Assembly (NCBI GenBank): GCA_965369865.1
Contig: CBDURU010000003.1
Span: 1 to 64,000, forward strand
Direction: 5' to 3'
Length of the DNA: 64,000 nt
Source of the DNA: an uncultured bacterium
GTDB lineage: Bacteria > JAJVIF01 > JAPKYR01
The position numbers were made by a program, and so were the translations under genes. How positions within the stretch are numbered: position 1 is the first letter of the stretch; every line of letters starts with the position of its first letter. The notes below the pieces were generated by a model. It was not told where the DNA came from, ran no database searches, and saw only the letters and a list, made by a program, of their open reading frames with translations. Below, piece by piece: positions 9,138-19,134 of the stretch.

Positions 9138-11579
9138 ATGGATAATTTTGTTGAAATAGTAAAATCGAGGCGAAAGGAACTCCTGATTGCATGGGGCGTA
9201 TTTTGCCTCTGGGTGGTGTCGCAGTACATTTACCGTTACCAGGCCGGTGAAGCGTACGATTTCAGTGTCGCGGTTGAATATATTGCCGGTTTCACAAAAT
9301 ACATGATACTTCCGTGGGTCCTGGTATTCGTGATTGCCCTGGCGGGATATGTTCTCGGCCGCATGTTTTTCGGTATTACAGCCGGGAGTGTGAAATTTAA
9401 AAGCGATCTCCAGGAAAGCCTCTGGGCGATCGGAATCGGAATGGGCCTGATCGCTGTTCTCACCTACCTTACAGGCCTCGCGAAGCTCCTGTATCCGTTT
9501 ATTTTCGTATTACTGTTTATTTTCCTGCTCGCGGGCGGCTACAAGCACATAATCCACCTGTGGAAAATTATGAAAAAAGGCCTCAGACCGCTCGACTGGG
9601 ACCTTCTCGACTGGACTTTGTTCGTGCTTTTCGCCGCTATAATTGCAAACGCATTTTTCCTGGTCTGCAATCCGACAATTACTTACGACTCCCTGACCTA
9701 TCACCTGGTAGCCCCAAGGTATTATCTGAACGACCATGCGATCATTTATCATCCATGGATTCACTTCAACAGCTTCCCGCAATTGCAGGAAATGCTGTTG
9801 ATGCTGCAGATGATGGTGATAAAGGATCCGGGGGGGTCGCTCTCGTATTTTTATACCATACTCAGTGCGGCGGTAATTTATACAACCGGAGAACGATATT
9901 TTGGAAGGCGTTCGGGAGCGATCGCCGCGATCCTGTTCCTGCTCATCAGGGAAGTTCACCAGGACAGCAAAGTGGCGCTTGTTGAAAATATCCTGGTTTT
10001 CTACACATTGCTCCTTATGGAAGGAGTTCTTGTATGGGCTGAAACGAAAGATCGACGCTGGGCCGTTCTGATCGGATCGGCAGGCGGACTTGCCTGCGGC
10101 GTCAAGTATTTCGGGATTCCAACGGTTCTGTTTGTTGTTTTAATAATGGCGATCGCGTACTTCCTTCCAAGGTTTAAATGGGAACGAGTGGAAACTGAAA
10201 TAATACCGGTGGAAATTAAAGAACCCGAGGTTGAAGAGAGTAACATCGAGACGAATAAAAAGAATAATAAGATAAAGAAAAATAACAAGAAGAATGAGGT
10301 GAAGCTATCACCAAAGGTTAAGGCCAAAATAACAAAAACCGCCAAACCTGTAAAACCCCTGAGGCCAATTGGGTTAATCGGATCGATCGGGCTTGTAATC
10401 CTGTGGACAGCGATAATAGGCTCCCCGTGGTATCTCAGGAATATAGTGCTGTTCGCGAACCCGTTCTTCCCGTTTTACGAGGACATTTTCGGTCAGCTTA
10501 CATTCGGAACGCTGAGCCAGTACAAGCAAAGCGCGGCAATCGACCATGCGGAGATGCTCAAATACTTCCATTTCGACCTGACATTCCTCAAGCTTCTGAC
10601 TTCCCCCTGGGACCTTACGTTCCATCACAATTACCCCTGGATTCTCAGGGACAGTACCGGTGCCGCAGGGCCTTTTCTCCTCGCACTAACACCGGTACTG
10701 ATTTTAGTGCGAAGGTGGCGGAAATCAGCGGTGCTGTATGGGATATTCAGCCTGGTTTTTTACCTTTACTGGCTGGTTGGAGAACAGATCCAGCACCTCA
10801 GGTACATGATGAGCGCGTATCCGATCCACGGTCTTGTGACTGCCTGGGGCGTCACTGAAGTTTTTCATCTCGACAAATTTACAGTAAAAAACAAAGCTCA
10901 CGTCGTGGCTGTTGTTCTGCTTTTAACGTTAGGCTTCAGTTTCTTTTACCGGACAACAAGTTCACTTGGAACAGGCGCTACAAATATTAAATTCCTCGAC
11001 GAAACGAGGACGTGGTATCTTAAGGAGCAGTTAACAGAGTATTTAATTATAGATCAGGTAATTAATACCCAGATTCAAAAAGGAAAAGATATGGTAGCCA
11101 CCGGAAATGTCGATCCGAGACGCCTGGTCTTGACAAATGAAACCAGGATCTACGGTTTAAGCTGCGAAGGCCGGAGATTCCTAGTCGACTGCCATCTTAT
11201 CGGAGGGTTATTCGGGTACGCGGATCATGCTGAATTCATGGAGCACGCGTCATCAAGCCAGGAACTTTATGACTGGCTCAATGAGCTTGGCTGTAATTTT
11301 CTGCTGGTAAATGAAGCGGTTGCAGAAAGGCAGGAGTACAGGATAGAGATCGATTTGCCGGACGATGAATTATTCTCCGAGCGATTCGAGGAAATCGCCA
11401 GGATGGGCCATGTAGTTTTTTACTTTATCGCCGGTCCGGGGGAAACGGGGCGTCTGACAGGGTTGAGTACGGAGGAGATGGAGGCTGAAGCTGAGGCCCT
11501 GGAGGAGGCTGAAAGATTTGAGCCGGACTTATTTACTCCTCGGGAGGACCAGTCAGATGAGGTTCCGGTGATAGATTAA
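9138..11579 (+). CDS. GT-C fold membrane glycosyltransferase (ArnT/PMT-like), paralog of the upstream gene
   Basis: YDSLTYHL, GLACGVKY, PWYLRN..FANPFFPF, HLRYMM, GYADH motifs shared with 7038..9131. Confidence 0.75.
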   Translation: MDNFVEIVKSRRKELLIAWGVFCLWVVSQYIYRYQAGEAYDFSVAVEYIAGFTKYMILPWVLVFVIALAGYVLGRMFFGITAGSVKFKSDLQESLWAIGIGMGLIAVLTYLTGLAKLLYPFIFVLLFIFLLAGGYKHIIHLWKIMKKGLRPLDWDLLDWTLFVLFAAIIANAFFLVCNPTITYDSLTYHLVAPRYYLNDHAIIYHPWIHFNSFPQLQEMLLMLQMMVIKDPGGSLSYFYTILSAAVIYTTGERYFGRRSGAIAAILFLLIREVHQDSKVALVENILVFYTLLLMEGVLVWAETKDRRWAVLIGSAGGLACGVKYFGIPTVLFVVLIMAIAYFLPRFKWERVETEIIPVEIKEPEVEESNIETNKKNNKIKKNNKKNEVKLSPKVKAKITKTAKPVKPLRPIGLIGSIGLVILWTAIIGSPWYLRNIVLFANPFFPFYEDIFGQLTFGTLSQYKQSAAIDHAEMLKYFHFDLTFLKLLTSPWDLTFHHNYPWILRDSTGAAGPFLLALTPVLILVRRWRKSAVLYGIFSLVFYLYWLVGEQIQHLRYMMSAYPIHGLVTAWGVTEVFHLDKFTVKNKAHVVAVVLLLTLGFSFFYRTTSSLGTGATNIKFLDETRTWYLKEQLTEYLIIDQVINTQIQKGKDMVATGNVDPRRLVLTNETRIYGLSCEGRRFLVDCHLIGGLFGYADHAEFMEHASSSQELYDWLNELGCNFLLVNEAVAERQEYRIEIDLPDDELFSERFEEIARMGHVVFYFIAGPGETGRLTGLSTEEMEAEAEALEEAERFEPDLFTPREDQSDEVPVID

Positions 11580-11690
11580 GCTGAATTGGATATTTATGGA
11601 TATTTCACCCACAAGCTTATCGTGTTTGGGGAGTTTAGGAATACGGGAAGCGATGTAGAGGTTAAATATCACGAAGGATGTTGGTAGAAC

Positions 11691-11774
11691 GCATGTGGGC
11701 GGCACCCGGAAAACATCCGGCACCAACAAGCTCGTCCGACTGGCGTCGAACTCCGCATGTTGGCGGCACCCGGG
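11691..11774. repeat. Dispersed REP-like hairpin repeat, copy A (plus partial upstream copy)
   Basis: ggcaccaacaagctcgtccgactggcgtcgaactccgcatgttggcggcacccgg; near-identical copies at ~14882 and ~17144. Confidence 0.85.
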
Positions 11775-11845
11775 TGCGACGAGTGGAAAGGTGTTCCGGA
11801 TATATATATGTGAGATACTGTGTTGGCAGTTAATGAAGGTTTGAA

Positions 11846-14800
11846 ATGACCGATTCGTATTTAGAGAGTCTACCGGTTCTACCGTCAAGAATTTCCGTAC
11901 CTTTGTATTCGCTTATGCCGAAACGGGTACGGACATTACTGATTGTATCAAGCCCATACGATGCTTTTACATTCGAGCAGGATGGTCGCCTGACGGAGAT
12001 TCTTCTATCGGAATACCTGGAATTAAACCTTCGATACGCACCGAGGATCGCGAGGGCTTCAACCGCTGATGAAGCGCTTTCAAAACTGGGGCAGTATTCT
12101 TTCGATTTGATAATTTCAATGCCCCGTGTCGGGGATATGGATGTAATAGAGTTCTCGAAGAGGGTTAAGAAAGTCAGGCCGGACCTGCCGGTGGTGCTTC
12201 TTGCATACCACACACGCGAGCTAAAGCACCTTCAGGCGATGGACGATCAACATGTCGTGGACAGGATTTTCACCTGGCACGGGGATACCCGCCTGTTCCT
12301 CGCGATAATCAAGTATATCGAGGATCAATTTAACCTTGAGCACGATGTCAGGGTCGCGGATGTACAATGCATTATTTTGATCGAGGACGATGTCAGTTTC
12401 TATTCGTCTTATCTTCCGATTTTCTACACTGAGCTTGTAATCCAGACACAGGAGCTAATGAGGGAAGGGCTGAACCGGATAGAGAAATTCATCCGAATGC
12501 GTGCCCGTCCGAAAATCCTTCTCGCCACATGCTGGGAGGAAGCGTTGAACTGGTACAAGAAGTACCAGGACAATGTGCTTGGTGTGGTTACGGATGTGAG
12601 CTTTCCATGTAGTGGGAAGATGGATAAGGAAGCGGGGTTGAAATTCGCGAAGATGGTGCGGGCTGAAACATGGGACAGGGCGGTGCTGGTGCAGTCATCC
12701 GATGATGTGCACAGGAAGGCGGCCTACGATCTGGGTGCCCAGTTCATCAACAAGAATTCACCGACGCTTTTGCGGGATGTGCAGGATTTCATCCGCGAAC
12801 GCCTGGGCTTCGGGGATTTTATTTTCCGTATGCTGGATGGTGAAATTGTCGGACGGGCAGGGAATCTCCAGAGCCTTGCGGAGTTACTCCACGAAGTCCC
12901 GGATGAGTCGCTGTTATATCATGTAACCCGAAATCATTTCTCACTCTGGCTGATGGCCCGCACGGAGTTCGACCTCGCGAGGGCATTGCGTCCGCGGCAG
13001 GTCCAGGAATTTGAAGACATACAGGGTATCAGGGAATACCTGATAGGCCTTTTTGACGAACACCTGATTGAGAAAAGGGCGGGTGTGATTGCCGATTATT
13101 CGACAGGAACATTTCATCCCGGCAGCAATTTGGTCAGGATCGGTTCCGGGTCCCTTGGCGGCAAGGGCCGGGGGCTTGGGTTTATTAATTCGCAGCTTGA
13201 GAAATACATCGCGGAACTTAATCCCCCTGACGTCCGGATATTCGTACCGCGAACCACTGTCCTGACCACCGAGGTTTTCGACCGGTTCATGGAGGAAAAT
13301 GAGCTTACGGATAAAATTCTGCTTGAGACGGACGACAGGATAACGAGAGAAGCGTTTCTGAACGCGAAAATTCCCAATGACGCAAAGGACATGCTCAGGG
13401 ATTTTCTCGAAAGGGTAAATTACCCGCTCGCGGTCAGGTCATCGAGCCTCCAGGAGGACGCGTCATACCAGCCGTTCGCCGGGATGTATCAGACGTACAT
13501 GCTTCCGAACAATGATGACGACCTGGAAATCCGACTCGTTGAACTGTGTAACGCGGTCAAAATGGTCTACGCTTCCACCTACTACGCCGATCCGAGGAGT
13601 TATTTCGAGGTAACCCCGAACCGTTTGGAAGAGGAAAAGATGGCTGTTGTTATCCAGGAAGTGGTAGGGCAACGTCACGGCGATTACCAATATCCGGATA
13701 TTTCGGGTACGGCCAGATCGTATGATTTTTACCCGGTATCCGGCCGTAAATCCGAGGATGGGGTTGTTCACGTTTCACTGGGGCTGGGAAAAACGGTTGT
13801 TGATGGCGGGAAATGCATACGGTTCTCGCCTGAATATCCCAGAAAGTTGAACCAGTTCTCCGGCGTGGAGGATTATCTCGAACATGCGCCAAGGGAATTT
13901 TACGCGCTTGATATGACACAGACCGGTCCCAACTGGGATGATAGTGACGCGGGTGATTCAAATGTCGTTCAACTCGGGCTGGACGCAGCCGAGGAACATG
14001 GCACGATACACGCGCTCGCATCGACATATGTCGCTGAGAACGACACGGTTTACGATGGCACTTCCCGTAAGGGTGTGCGCCTTATTACGATGGCAGGAGT
14101 TTTGAAACATGACGTTTTCCCGCTTGCCGATACTATAAAATTCCTTCTCGAAATGGGACGCAAAGCGTTTTCGTGCCCGGTCGAGATTGAATTCGCGGTA
14201 AATCTCAAGAAGCCGGATGAGGGTCAGAATGAAATCGGGTTTTTGCAGATTCGACCGCTTGTTATCGGCCAGGAATCGTTCGAATTGCACCCTGGGGATT
14301 TTGATGTCGAGCAGGCGATATGTGTGTCGAACAGCGCACTGGGGCAGGGATATGTCAACGGCATCTTTGACCTGGTTTATGTCAGGGAGGATAATTTCGA
14401 CCGGCAGAAAACTGTCGAGATCGCGGGTGAAATTGAAAAAATTAACGATAAGCTGAAAAGTAAGGGACGGAATTACGTGCTGATCGGGCCGGGGCGGTGG
14501 GGCACGGCGGACAGGTTTTTCGGGATCCCGGTAAACTGGGCGCAGATTTCGAGAGCGCATGCGATTATCGAGACCGACATCAAGGGAGTACCGGTGCAGC
14601 CGTCGCAGGGCGCGCATTTTTTCCACAACATCACGTCGCTTGGGATTCCATATATTACAGTTAACAGGGATGTAAAAACCAGGGATGGCACGCTCGATAT
14701 GGAGTGGCTGGAATCCCAGCCGGCGTCATTCGAGACAGAGCATGTAAGGTTACTGACGTTCGATAAAGAGATCGGAATCGCGACCGATGGGAGAAGCCGT

Positions 14801-14851
14801 ACGGGAGTGGTCCTGAAACCCGGTGTTGAATTTATCGGCAGGGAGGAGTGA
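11846..14851 (+). CDS. Receiver-domain-fused PEP/pyruvate-binding (PPDK_N, ATP-grasp) protein
   Basis: Two receiver-like domains; GSGSLGGKGRGL, PLAVRSSSLQED..QPFAGMY, EEKMAVVIQEVVG, GPGRWG, SQGAHFFHN. Confidence 0.85.
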   Translation: MTDSYLESLPVLPSRISVPLYSLMPKRVRTLLIVSSPYDAFTFEQDGRLTEILLSEYLELNLRYAPRIARASTADEALSKLGQYSFDLIISMPRVGDMDVIEFSKRVKKVRPDLPVVLLAYHTRELKHLQAMDDQHVVDRIFTWHGDTRLFLAIIKYIEDQFNLEHDVRVADVQCIILIEDDVSFYSSYLPIFYTELVIQTQELMREGLNRIEKFIRMRARPKILLATCWEEALNWYKKYQDNVLGVVTDVSFPCSGKMDKEAGLKFAKMVRAETWDRAVLVQSSDDVHRKAAYDLGAQFINKNSPTLLRDVQDFIRERLGFGDFIFRMLDGEIVGRAGNLQSLAELLHEVPDESLLYHVTRNHFSLWLMARTEFDLARALRPRQVQEFEDIQGIREYLIGLFDEHLIEKRAGVIADYSTGTFHPGSNLVRIGSGSLGGKGRGLGFINSQLEKYIAELNPPDVRIFVPRTTVLTTEVFDRFMEENELTDKILLETDDRITREAFLNAKIPNDAKDMLRDFLERVNYPLAVRSSSLQEDASYQPFAGMYQTYMLPNNDDDLEIRLVELCNAVKMVYASTYYADPRSYFEVTPNRLEEEKMAVVIQEVVGQRHGDYQYPDISGTARSYDFYPVSGRKSEDGVVHVSLGLGKTVVDGGKCIRFSPEYPRKLNQFSGVEDYLEHAPREFYALDMTQTGPNWDDSDAGDSNVVQLGLDAAEEHGTIHALASTYVAENDTVYDGTSRKGVRLITMAGVLKHDVFPLADTIKFLLEMGRKAFSCPVEIEFAVNLKKPDEGQNEIGFLQIRPLVIGQESFELHPGDFDVEQAICVSNSALGQGYVNGIFDLVYVREDNFDRQKTVEIAGEIEKINDKLKSKGRNYVLIGPGRWGTADRFFGIPVNWAQISRAHAIIETDIKGVPVQPSQGAHFFHNITSLGIPYITVNRDVKTRDGTLDMEWLESQPASFETEHVRLLTFDKEIGIATDGRSRTGVVLKPGVEFIGREE

Positions 14852-14867
14852 ATTGGATATCGTGGGG

Positions 14868-14936
14868 TCAACATAAGGTCAGGCACCAACAAGCTCGTCC
14901 GACTAGCGTCGAACTTCGCATGTTGGCGGCACCCGG
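14868..14936. repeat. Dispersed REP-like hairpin repeat, copy B
   Basis: 14872-14936 matches 17134-17198 at 64/65 positions. Confidence 0.9.
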
Positions 14937-15041
14937 CAGTACCGGGGGGCCTCCCATGCAGGTTTTGAATTAAATAACAAAAGTATATTAAGTGGAATTA
15001 ATGATGAGATTCGTTCTCCCAAACAACCCCATCAAATTTTA

Positions 15042-16976
15042 TCAATCGGCATCGAAAGCAATTCGGAATCCGGTTGACCAGCTTGCGGGTGGTTCAATGG
15101 GGTTGGTTCGTCGTCGCATGAAAGTCAGGCATTTTTCGATGTCCCCGGAATGACTGCCACCCTTCTTAATTTTCCTGGGTGGATATCCTGGATCCGGGCC
15201 AGGAATCGGATCGAAATTCCCACTCGCCCACTGCTCATAGATATAAAACTCATATTCATTGAACTCCGATGCCCAGGAACTGGTCATTTCATAGCTATTA
15301 CCCGCACAATCCGCCAGCCCATACGGGCTGTCTCCCTCCGGACTGAATGTCCCAACCGGACACTTATTGCCAATAGCATAAAGCCAGAATTCCGGGTTTT
15401 CGCCTGTCGTGCTCCTGGATGGATCCCACTCGTCTCCCCACGGGTACAGCCGGTGGTCCTCCCCCCGTGCCGCTCTTTCCCATTCGACTTCGGTCGGCAA
15501 TCTGCCGCCTGCCCAAGTACAGAATGCTTCCGCTTCATAATAAGTGATGCCTACAGGTAAATCAGGTGTGTGGTCTCCTCGACCCACATTCCAGGAATGT
15601 GGTTCAGTCTTACCGGTTATCATCCTCCATGCCCAGCCTTCCTCGCTCCACCACACCGGATTGTAATAACCTCCCACAGCCATGAAGGATGAATACTCCC
15701 GGCACGTCACCTCGTACTTCCCTATATAGTACGCATCCGTCGGATGCATGTGTCCGGGTTCGGCCCATGGATGCCCATTTGGCCAGTTTTCCAGATCCAC
15801 CCCCATGTAAAACTCACCAGCGGGGATATAGGCAAGGTCATTTAATGGGTAGCCTAATTCGGTTATTTTGAAATTCGTAACATTCCATCCATCAATTGGT
15901 CCAAGGTTCTCGTCTTCATCGAAATCAATGACCCTTGTTAACACCGGATAGTCGCCAAAACCTGCACCATTCTCGTTTACCATGATACCTTTAAAAATAA
16001 TTTTCTCGTCCATGGTTGTTGACAAAGTCAACTCAACTGTTTCATTAAACAGATCGGGAGCTTCCATTAGTACAATCGATACCGTCTCGATTCCCTGGTG
16101 GTCCCATATTTCAATTTGCACCGACGCTTCGCTTCCGATCAGGTCGGTCAAACCAGCGCCCTGATGTACATAGATCTGGTATGCCTCGCGGCAATTCGCT
16201 TCCGGCGGAAAATCTTCAATTGGGTTGTTAACAGGTGGCTCAACTGGAGTCCAGCAGACATCGACTGCATAACCGAATTCAAGAGGTCCGTCAGGGAGTT
16301 TCATCATCAGCTTTTCTGTTGATGCTTCAGCCGAATAGAAAATTCGCCTCTCGGCGCTGCGATTGAACGCAAGGTATGGATTCAAAGTCGCGGAAAGATC
16401 CCCGCCAGTCGCGAGATTACCGGGAGTGTACTTAAGCGCAAACGGTACCGGAAGGTCTACCGGATAATCTGTAGGATTGAAAAGATCTGTGTAGCCGTCG
16501 GCATACATCAGTTTTATGTGATCGCCGTTCCACGAAATCGAATGTCCCGACTCCGGGAAAGTGAAATCCGAACCGGTTATCATAATCATGCGGGGATCGA
16601 ACGCGGTATATTCATCGAGTCCCGGGAACGGGTGTGTGAGCGTTACATCACAGAAAAGTACTCCACTGGATGTAAACCCAAAGTTTTCGACCTGAAAGCA
16701 ATGGTCGCAGGCTTTGCCCTCCATGAGACGGAGCACATTCAGGTGTAAATCAACCGATCGGGCCGGGACCAGTTCGACAGATGATCTGTCTTCCGAAATT
16801 CGTATCGTGCCGTTGGATATTACCGCCCGGTTTGGTGATTGTGATATTGACTTTACAGTGAAACCATTGTTGAATTCGGGTGAAATCGGATTGGATTTTG
16901 AACAACTTGTGCTGAAAGCCATGATCACAACAAGAATCAAGGCAGTTGACAGTAAGCTGGTAATTAACCGAATCAT
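15042..16976 (-). CDS. Lipoprotein: uncharacterised N-terminal domain + C-terminal FGE/SUMF1 (CLec-fold) domain
   Basis: Lipobox FSTSC; IPAGEFYMG, IGKYEVT, RLPTEVEWERAARG, YPWG, SPYGLADCAGN, GFR. Start set to ATG 16976 (GAGGAG RBS). Confidence 0.85.
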   Translation of the reverse strand: MIRLITSLLSTALILVVIMAFSTSCSKSNPISPEFNNGFTVKSISQSPNRAVISNGTIRISEDRSSVELVPARSVDLHLNVLRLMEGKACDHCFQVENFGFTSSGVLFCDVTLTHPFPGLDEYTAFDPRMIMITGSDFTFPESGHSISWNGDHIKLMYADGYTDLFNPTDYPVDLPVPFALKYTPGNLATGGDLSATLNPYLAFNRSAERRIFYSAEASTEKLMMKLPDGPLEFGYAVDVCWTPVEPPVNNPIEDFPPEANCREAYQIYVHQGAGLTDLIGSEASVQIEIWDHQGIETVSIVLMEAPDLFNETVELTLSTTMDEKIIFKGIMVNENGAGFGDYPVLTRVIDFDEDENLGPIDGWNVTNFKITELGYPLNDLAYIPAGEFYMGVDLENWPNGHPWAEPGHMHPTDAYYIGKYEVTCREYSSFMAVGGYYNPVWWSEEGWAWRMITGKTEPHSWNVGRGDHTPDLPVGITYYEAEAFCTWAGGRLPTEVEWERAARGEDHRLYPWGDEWDPSRSTTGENPEFWLYAIGNKCPVGTFSPEGDSPYGLADCAGNSYEMTSSWASEFNEYEFYIYEQWASGNFDPIPGPDPGYPPRKIKKGGSHSGDIEKCLTFMRRRTNPIEPPASWSTGFRIAFDAD

Positions 16977-17080
16977 CCCTATTCTCCTCTTTGGTTGATT
17001 TGGCAATTTTCAATATTAATATTATATAACGGAAAGCAATAATAGCAAAACGATACATCGACTTTTGCCGTGATTTTCGA

Positions 17081-17200
17081 GGTGCCTGATCTTATGTTGA
17101 ATTATGGAATTTGGGAGGATATTGCAGAGTCACCATAAGGTCAGGCACCAACAAGCTCGTCCGACTGGCGTCGAACTTCGCATGTTGGCGGCACCCGGGT
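17081..17200. repeat. Dispersed REP-like repeat, copy C, with an extra inverted arm
   Basis: ggtgcctgatcttatg (17081) pairs with cataaggtcaggcacc (17134), followed by the 55-bp core. Confidence 0.9.
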
Positions 17201-17263
17201 TTGTACGTGGCTTCACCTTTAACCCTGGGGCGTTACAGAAAATAATGAGTTTGGAAATTTTAT

Positions 17264-19132
17264 CTAAGCCTTTGCATCGACGCGCATTGCGGGTAATTCG
17301 ACGATGACGACGGTACCGACGCCGGGTTCGCTGTCGATTGAGATCCTGCCCCTGTGCTCCGACAAAATATTCTGAACGATCGCCAGACCCAGTCCGCTGC
17401 CGTCGCGTTTTGTCGTGAAGTACGGATTGAAACTCTGCTTGACCGCGGTTTCATCCATTCCCACGCCCTGGTCGGCGATCGTAACCCGCACCCATGGGGC
17501 ATCCCCAAGCACCACATTATTGACGAGCACCTTAATTATTCCAACACGGTCGCTCATCGCCTCCACAGCATTTTTAATAAGGTTGGTCAAAACCCTGCTC
17601 ATGGCGTCGCGATCCAGGAGAACGGTCGGGATTGATTCCGGGCAACTGAACTCAATGGTCGCGCCGATCTCCGGTTTGTCGAACAACGCGACGGAACTTC
17701 CGATCAGTTCGCAAATATCGTTTGGCGCGAGAATGGGTTTCGGCATCCGGGCGAAGTTGGAAAACTCATCGGCGAGTGTTTTCAGGCGATCGACTTCCTC
17801 GAGGATCGTCTCGCTCGTATCGGACAGGGTGTTTTCGAAATTACCCGGGTTCGCACTGTAAACCCGCAAGAGGTTCTGGATTGACAGTTTGATGGGTGAA
17901 AGCGGGTTCTTGATTTCATGCGCGAGACGTCTGGCGACTTCCCTCCATGCGGCCAGCTTTTCGGCCTCGACCAGCCTTCTGGTGTTCGCGTCGAGTTCAT
18001 CGGCCATTATGTTGAATGATTTGACGAGGTCCTCAACCTCATCGCGCGAATGGACCTCTACCCGCCTTGTGAGGTCGCCCGACGCCAGCGCGGTTACCCC
18101 GGTTTTCAAGCGTTCGATGGGGAGTGTGATGGTTTTCGAGATAAGGAACGCGAGGAGGATGGCGACAATTCCACCGATAATGACCTCTACGAGCATACCG
18201 GCAAGTAGCGCACGTTTTCGAGCCTGGAGGTCGGATTTCGGGATAAGGAGGTCGATCATTACCTGGTCGTGTGTGCTGTCGGCCTGTGACCTTGGGAACG
18301 GAATGGTCGCGAGCTGGTATGTTTCAGTACCTAGGGTAATTTCAGTTCCGCCGCCTGCCAACGCAGCCATCAGGTCTGAATCGACCGGGGTATCGGGTTC
18401 GGACCAGCTTACAATCGGGTCGAGTCCGGGCGCTCTCGCGACAATCTCAGCGCCCGCAAGGTCGGCCATCCTGGTGATGAACTCCTTGTCGAATTCCTGG
18501 GCGCCCCAGAGGACATAAATTTGTTCGGTTCTTAAAAACCTGTCGACCATTTTTACCGGCAGAAAAACTTCGGCGGTGAAAATCGAGGACGCGGAAATTG
18601 TCTCGACCCCGACCATGCTGATGGTTTCGTCGGCCAGTGCCCTTACAAGCGTGGCACTGTAGGTTTCGGGCGGGTCGATCATATTATTGCCAAAAGCATA
18701 CTGGTCGTGACCGGCTGCCAGGAGTATGCCGTCAGGTGAGACAAGCCAGAGTTTATCAAGGAACGCGATATTCCTGAGTTCCCCGAGCCTCGCGATCAGT
18801 TCGAGCACCTGTGCGTTTTCAGCGTGAGGGTCCATCGGGCTTTCGCCGGATTCAGAATTACGGGCGATCTCCGCGAGCACACGTTCTAGTTCGGAAAGGC
18901 TCAACCGGAAATCGGGATTTTCCTGCATACTGGTGAGTTTTCCCTCGATTTCAGAGAGGAGCGCCCCGACCTCAATGTCGAGACCGCGTGTAACCTGGTC
19001 CTGGCGATCCTGGACAAGATCGGCAAAACTCTGGTCGAGTTCCCGTGCCGCGCTGAATGAGAGGAATATGACAAGTCCGGTGACGATTACGAGGAATGTT
19101 AAAGCCAGTTTCGCGAAAATGCTTATACGCAT
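17264..19132 (-). CDS. HAMP-domain sensor histidine kinase (NtrY-like)
   Basis: Two TM segments, HAMP, H-box ARRLAHEIKNPL, NLIKNA, DQGVG, PYFTTK, GSGLGL. Confidence 0.93.
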   Translation of the reverse strand: MRISIFAKLALTFLVIVTGLVIFLSFSAARELDQSFADLVQDRQDQVTRGLDIEVGALLSEIEGKLTSMQENPDFRLSLSELERVLAEIARNSESGESPMDPHAENAQVLELIARLGELRNIAFLDKLWLVSPDGILLAAGHDQYAFGNNMIDPPETYSATLVRALADETISMVGVETISASSIFTAEVFLPVKMVDRFLRTEQIYVLWGAQEFDKEFITRMADLAGAEIVARAPGLDPIVSWSEPDTPVDSDLMAALAGGGTEITLGTETYQLATIPFPRSQADSTHDQVMIDLLIPKSDLQARKRALLAGMLVEVIIGGIVAILLAFLISKTITLPIERLKTGVTALASGDLTRRVEVHSRDEVEDLVKSFNIMADELDANTRRLVEAEKLAAWREVARRLAHEIKNPLSPIKLSIQNLLRVYSANPGNFENTLSDTSETILEEVDRLKTLADEFSNFARMPKPILAPNDICELIGSSVALFDKPEIGATIEFSCPESIPTVLLDRDAMSRVLTNLIKNAVEAMSDRVGIIKVLVNNVVLGDAPWVRVTIADQGVGMDETAVKQSFNPYFTTKRDGSGLGLAIVQNILSEHRGRISIDSEPGVGTVVIVELPAMRVDAKA

Positions 19133-19134
19133 GG

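Noticed and set aside
11719..17200. Canonical integron with attC sites
   Set aside because: Sites are shorter than typical attC and do not fit RYYYAAC/GTTRRRY well. The flanked genes are large and oppositely oriented, and there is no integrase.
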